Source of the DNA: Candidatus Caenarcanales bacterium
GTDB taxonomy: Bacteria; Cyanobacteriota; Vampirovibrionia; LMEP-6097
DNA: 64,000 bases
Assembly: GCA_947459525.1 (NCBI GenBank)
Contig: CANHDW010000001.1
Span: forward strand, 3,714-67,713
Reading direction: 5' to 3'
The position numbers were made by a program, and so were the translations under genes. This document shows, piece by piece, positions 59,387-64,000 of the stretch. The notes beneath the pieces were generated by a model, which was given only the letters and a program-made list of their open reading frames with translations, had not been told where the DNA came from and ran no database searches. Each line of letters starts with the position of its first letter. Positions within the stretch are counted from its first letter, which is position 1.

Positions 59387-62140
59387 ATGAATGAAATAAG
59401 ACCATCTCAAGCAAATATAGGCTTAGCCCCTAAAGCGAGGTTCGCGTCGGCAGGAAAAGAGAAGTTTATTCATTTTAGAGAAACTAATGATCAATTATTT
59501 TCTCCCGAGGTAATTAAAAAATTAATAGCTGGTACCGCAAATGCTCAAGAAGTTTTTGTTTTAAAGTTATATTTAAAAGCACATACTAACGCAGGTAAAC
59601 AGATAAATCTAGAGAATGGGCTTGAACAGGAATCTGTTCTCCGTGCAATTAAAGAGTTAAATCCTTCTGCTACTGGTTTAAATTCAAAATCATTAGAAGC
59701 CATGAAAGGTGAACTCATCATTACTAACAGCCATGAGATGCTTAAAGATGGTGGTTTTTTGGGTTTTTTAAATATAGGGGATAGGCGTTTATCTAAAGAG
59801 TCTTCCATACTCTCTATTAAATCTTCTGATCCATCTACTTGGAAAGTAACAACGTTCAATGCAAATTTTTTAGATGGAACAGATAAACCTAAGATTGTGC
59901 GACGTGAAGAAGATACTTTTGATTCTGACAATGGTGTTTTACCAGCTAACTTTTCTGGTTTAGCAAAGGCATTACCTGATAATGTCACTCAAAGAGATCG
60001 TTTAGCTAATAAATCTTTATCAATAACTGATTATCCTATTTTAGAAGATAGAGAAGTGAATACTAGATACCAAGCAGGTTTATTGAAATATTTACAAAAT
60101 TCAGCAAGTTCACCTAATAAAGCCATTTCAGAAAAAATTTTACAAGAGGCATTACTTACTAAGTCCTCTAACGATAGAGGCTCTTTACTCTCTTCTGAAC
60201 TAGAAACTTGGAGTTCGAATCTAAAAGAAGTATTAAATAAGAAAATTAATGAGTACGCTCTTTTAAATCAATCAGAAGCAACAAATACTCCTACTCAGCA
60301 ATTAGTTAAGGCTAAAGAAAAAGAAATACTTGCGCTATTAAAAATTTATTCGACTTTAGATTCTTCTGATGCAAGGCGAGTCTTTTTCTCTCGGGAAAAG
60401 GATTTGATTCCTCTAACAAATAAATATGACTTGAATAATGTCTTAGAGATTAAGTTTGATGATGCAGTATCTATTACTAAAAAAATTGGAGATGATTTTG
60501 TTTGGGGAAGAAAAGATATAGACCCTAGTAACTTAAAGCTTCTACAAAAAAGGCTTTCTGAGCTTAGTGAACATAGAAATACTTTACTTGAGAAGAATTA
60601 TCCTGAAATGTTCATCAGCTCTCCCTCTCATGAACATTTGAATTTGAATAATATTAATATAAGCCTTGGAGTAAAAACCACAGAAAATGATACTAATAAT
60701 AGAATAGAACCAGAATCCTTATATCCACCGAGTTTAAAAGCCAAGGTCGATAAAATCATGAACAATAATCAGCTTGCATTATCTTTAAATGAGCCTTTAA
60801 AAAAACAATTAAGGGATAAAGTAGAAGCTTTTGTAGAATCTAAGCAATTTCCTACAGACATTAATGCTCAGAACAAACTTATAGAAACTCAGGTGAAGTC
60901 TCTACTTGAGAATCAAATAATTTCTCTTGGTCCTGAGTCAAAAAAGCTTAATAAGCTAAAACAAGAGATTAAGAATTCAATTAAAACTAAAATCCAAGCT
61001 TATTTAGAATCTAAAGATCAATATTTTGAGCGAGATGAAGAACAAGAAAAAGGCATAGCTGAAAAAATAAAACTCTTTTACTTACTTGCAAATGACTCTG
61101 AGAGAGAGGCTTTCTTAGAAGAAACGCGAGCAGAAACGTATCCTCAGTTGAAAAATATTAAAGTAAGTGATTTAATCGATAGTTTTTCTAAGCAAGGCGA
61201 GCAAGACACATCTATTAAAAAGCAGGATAATTTAACTACACGCCTATGGTTCGCTGATACAGGTCGTGATGATCCACGCAATGAAGATTTCGAGAATTCT
61301 GTACCAAATTTTAAAAAGCAAATTAGTATGGTAAACGCTTTCCTAGATTCATCTTCAGAGCTAGACCCTGCTTCTAAGCAAAAAACCAAAAATCTTTTAT
61401 CTGAGCTTACAGGTCTTCAAGATATAAGTCATTATGATTCACTTGCAGGTTACAATGCGACTGAATTAAAAACACAGTATCCTTATTTAAATCCACGTCA
61501 AGGAAAATGGATTGAGTCAAACTTAAGTACTGAACGCTTTGGTCCTTTTGGGCTTATCAGTTCACTCGCACGCTTTGCTGCTGATACACTGATAGGACGA
61601 TAAGATCCTCCACCCAATCCAGATGTAGCACACGCTACAACTCCACCAGTCCAAGAAATATCTGATCCAAGTAAAGACTATAAGCTTCCACAGGGTACCT
61701 TCGGGCAGCACGCTTTAAAAGAATCAAACTTAGTCACTTATCAAATTAAAGATGCAAATTCCCCACTAAATGGGCAAAAGCTTTATTTTAGGATGCCTTC
61801 TACTAACTATGAAAAACAGTTATTTAGCAAAATGGCAAAAAGGTATGGATTGGGTGAAACTGATGTTAAAAAATGGATCTTATCCGAGATTTACAAAGAA
61901 GCATTAAACTCTAAACAGAATAATTCAGAACCAAATTACAACCCCTTAGCAGACAAGGTTCGCAGTATAGTATCTACTACTTCAGGTGATGTAATTGAGA
62001 TGCTAAATTTAGCTCCTTTGTTTCAGGGAGAACAGGAAATCCCGAACTCATTTTTATTAGGAGCCTCTAGTGTAGAGAGCTTTAGAAGGAAATATAACGC
62101 CCATGAGGCGCAGGCCAATGACTTGGGTTATAGTTTGTAG
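59387..62140 (+). pseudogene. Large hypothetical protein interrupted by one in-frame TAA at 61601-61603 (or two genes)
   Basis: ORFs 59306..61603 and 61793..62140 are in the same frame, and the 63 codons between them are stop-free and protein-like; likely start ATG 59387. Confidence 0.6.
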
Positions 62141-62156
62141 GGGGGGGGCACCATTT

Positions 62157-62355
62157 TTATGGAGAGAAGCGAGTTTGACCACTCGCATATTTATGAAGCA
62201 CACTCGAAATAAAACTCTGATAAGCTAGTCCCTCTTTTGCTGCAAGCCTCTTTAATATCTCAAGATCAGCACCAGACAATCTAATATTCATTCTAGTATC
62301 TTTGGTAAAGTATGCATTAGCAGCCTGCTTCATAATCATCAAAATTCATTTTCAT
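62157..62355 (-). pseudogene. CopG/BrnA-like RHH antitoxin with an apparent internal deletion/frameshift
   Basis: KDTRMNIRLS..DL..LKRLAAKEGLAYQSFISSVLHKY; the coupled ATG at 62355 (MKMNFDDYE) is out of frame with this domain. Confidence 0.7.
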
Positions 62356-62444
62356 CAATCTCCTAAGTATTTTTTTGTGGCTTTCCTGCTTGGGATAATA
62401 GTTTTGAGAAATATCATTTCATCATTAAAAATAAAAAGATTCAC
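62355..62444 (-). pseudogene. 3' remnant of a BrnT-like toxin
   Basis: FIFNDEMIFLKTIIPSRKATKKYLGD*, with a TGATG overlap into the antitoxin; the 5' part is missing. Confidence 0.7.
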
Positions 62445-62446
62445 CT

Positions 62447-64000
62447 TTATAACCCCAACAGCAAAGTATCCACCTCATTCAAAACAGGATACTGAGCGGC
62501 ATCTAAAGCAAGCCTATTCAAATAATCCTGATCTCGATGAAGTTCTAACTGTACTTTTGTTGCAGCAGAAGCATTCACAAAGAATGCTTCACCTAATTCA
62601 GCATTAGTAAGAGTTTTCTGAAAAACTCCACTCGCTTTTTTAGTCAGAGTCGAAAAATTCTCAATTCTTGCCGACGCAATCTTATTAGAAGTAGCATCTA
62701 ATAAATTAATAACAAGGTCAAGTGGATCAGAAGAACTGTCAGCACTATTATTATAATCAAACTTCAGTGTTAAAGATGGATTTAAAGGATTCTTATAAAG
62801 CTTAACTATCGCAGAAGCTTTATCTATAAAACGAGGACTATCTATAAATTTTAAAATTAAAGCCTGATTAAAACGTCCCCTTAAATCATTATCCACACCC
62901 ACAGAGTTTTTTACGACTAAAGCGAAAGGTAAATCTAGTGTCTTAAGCTCACCAAAGTTCATTAAATCCCTATTTTTAACAAAAAATCCTTTAGCTTTAT
63001 TCAACTTCAGTCTAACTGGTATTTGAATATCTGAATCATTAACTACTATATTATCTAATTCATAAACTAAATCTAGAGAAGTCTTCTGAGAAGAATTTAT
63101 ACTGAGCCTTAAATTAGGCAAATCTGCTAAAGGGTGATTTTCAAGAGCTTTAGTATTAAAAACAAAAGCAGAAACTGTAGTTAAATTTAAAGCAGTATTA
63201 TAAGAAGAACTCAAATTAATAGGATCACTAATCACACTAAATTGATTAGCTGTAGTATCTTCATAAAAAACTATAGTATTTTTATCAATATTTATTGTAC
63301 TCAAAGGGATCTGAATAGCACTGATCTTAATAATTTTCTCAGAACGAGTTTGTGCATCTTGTGGGAAAAAGACATTAATCTTTTTCAAATAATCCTCGAC
63401 ATCTACGATGAACTCTAAAGTCTGAATATCAGGGTAAGCCAGTCCTACAGTAGTAAACTGAGTTATTAAAGTCGAAAAGTCAGCGAACTTATGAGTAGAA
63501 TTGGCTTTCAGTTTAAAAGAAAATTTACTGGTCACGTTAGTTCTTTTACCATTAGCATCCGTACTAAAGATTTTTAAATTATTTAGGAGTACTGAATTTT
63601 TTTCACTAAAGGTACTCTCTGATTCACCTTGAATATACTGAGGATCATGCTCAAAAGTTAATAGAAATTTCTTCTTATCTGAAGATACTTTAAGAAATTT
63701 ATTAAGCCCAGAGTGAATTTCAGCCGCTTCGATAGAAGTGAGCTGTGAAGCATCATCATCATAGAGTTCTACCTTGAGAGCCACTATTTTCTGTGTATCA
63801 AAAAAACCAGCAAAGGCTGGACTAGTCTCAAAAGTATCACGAGGTTTAAAAAAAACTGGTATTTCCCTCTCTGCTAGGACATTTGCTGCTAGTTCTGTAT
63901 CTAAAAACTTTATCTTAATTAAATTAGCGGCTTTATCTTTATAACTTAAATTACTCTTGGCAAAAGTAAACCTAACTCTATTATCCTTCGCTAAAGTTTG
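62447..64000 (-). CDS. Beta-rich hypothetical protein, possibly surface/secreted; 5' end is beyond the window
   Basis: The frame of ORF 62447..63784 stays open to position 64000. Confidence 0.75.
   Translation of the reverse strand, partial: QTLAKDNRVRFTFAKSNLSYKDKAANLIKIKFLDTELAANVLAEREIPVFFKPRDTFETSPAFAGFFDTQKIVALKVELYDDDASQLTSIEAAEIHSGLNKFLKVSSDKKKFLLTFEHDPQYIQGESESTFSEKNSVLLNNLKIFSTDANGKRTNVTSKFSFKLKANSTHKFADFSTLITQFTTVGLAYPDIQTLEFIVDVEDYLKKINVFFPQDAQTRSEKIIKISAIQIPLSTINIDKNTIVFYEDTTANQFSVISDPINLSSSYNTALNLTTVSAFVFNTKALENHPLADLPNLRLSINSSQKTSLDLVYELDNIVVNDSDIQIPVRLKLNKAKGFFVKNRDLMNFGELKTLDLPFALVVKNSVGVDNDLRGRFNQALILKFIDSPRFIDKASAIVKLYKNPLNPSLTLKFDYNNSADSSSDPLDLVINLLDATSNKIASARIENFSTLTKKASGVFQKTLTNAELGEAFFVNASAATKVQLELHRDQDYLNRLALDAAQYPVLNEVDTLLLGL

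Noticed and set aside
62140..62148. G9 tract as a phase-variation site
   Set aside because: It sits at and after a stop codon between convergent genes, with no evident effect on frame or promoter
6083..62607. Short antisense or overlapping ORFs in the track (e.g. 6083..6316, 7071..7328, 21303..21575, 40687..41100, 58251..58874, 59545..59988, 62302..62607)
   Set aside because: They shadow well-supported genes on the other strand or frame, and have Ser/Phe/Ile-rich antisense composition with no motifs
1..64000. CRISPR array, tRNA/rRNA genes, IS transposase or prophage
   Set aside because: No regularly spaced direct repeats, cloverleaf or rRNA signatures, transposase or phage ORFs were seen; the repeat family is dispersed, not arrayed

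Overview
AT-rich, gene-dense bacterial chromosome segment, mostly housekeeping genes: pyrF, pyrD, bioD, tmk, rplI, polA, secA, trpE, rsmE, serS, argF, acpS, rseP, fliA, mlaE, alaS, ftsH, clpC, mutL and ribBA. ClpC is strongly cyanobacterial in type, but the window also has a flagellar sigma-28 and no photosynthesis genes. I infer a non-photosynthetic cyanobacterial relative (Melainabacteria/Vampirovibrionia). Accessory content: a MntA-HepT toxin-antitoxin pair with a frameshifted toxin, a DUF262-DUF1524 (GmrSD-like) nuclease, an AttEFGH-like ABC/lipocalin module, a 1483-aa protein with ~102-aa tandem repeats, and a decayed BrnT/CopG-type TA pair. Main highlights: (1) MutL lacks its canonical C-terminal endonuclease motifs and instead carries a Zn-binding HNH nuclease domain. 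(2) A family of short palindromic elements (ends about GRGACTGTTGCCGAA...TTCGGCAACAGYCC) occurs in intergenic spaces and in-frame inside alaS (3 copies), mutL, bioD and possibly polA, like Rickettsia palindromic elements; one copy supplies the bioD ribosome-binding site and start codon. (3) A near-consensus sigma-28 promoter drives a LuxR regulator with a pseudo-receiver domain. (4) Many genes appear to be leaderless. No rRNA, tRNA or CRISPR array was recognised. All calls were made by eye, without database searches.
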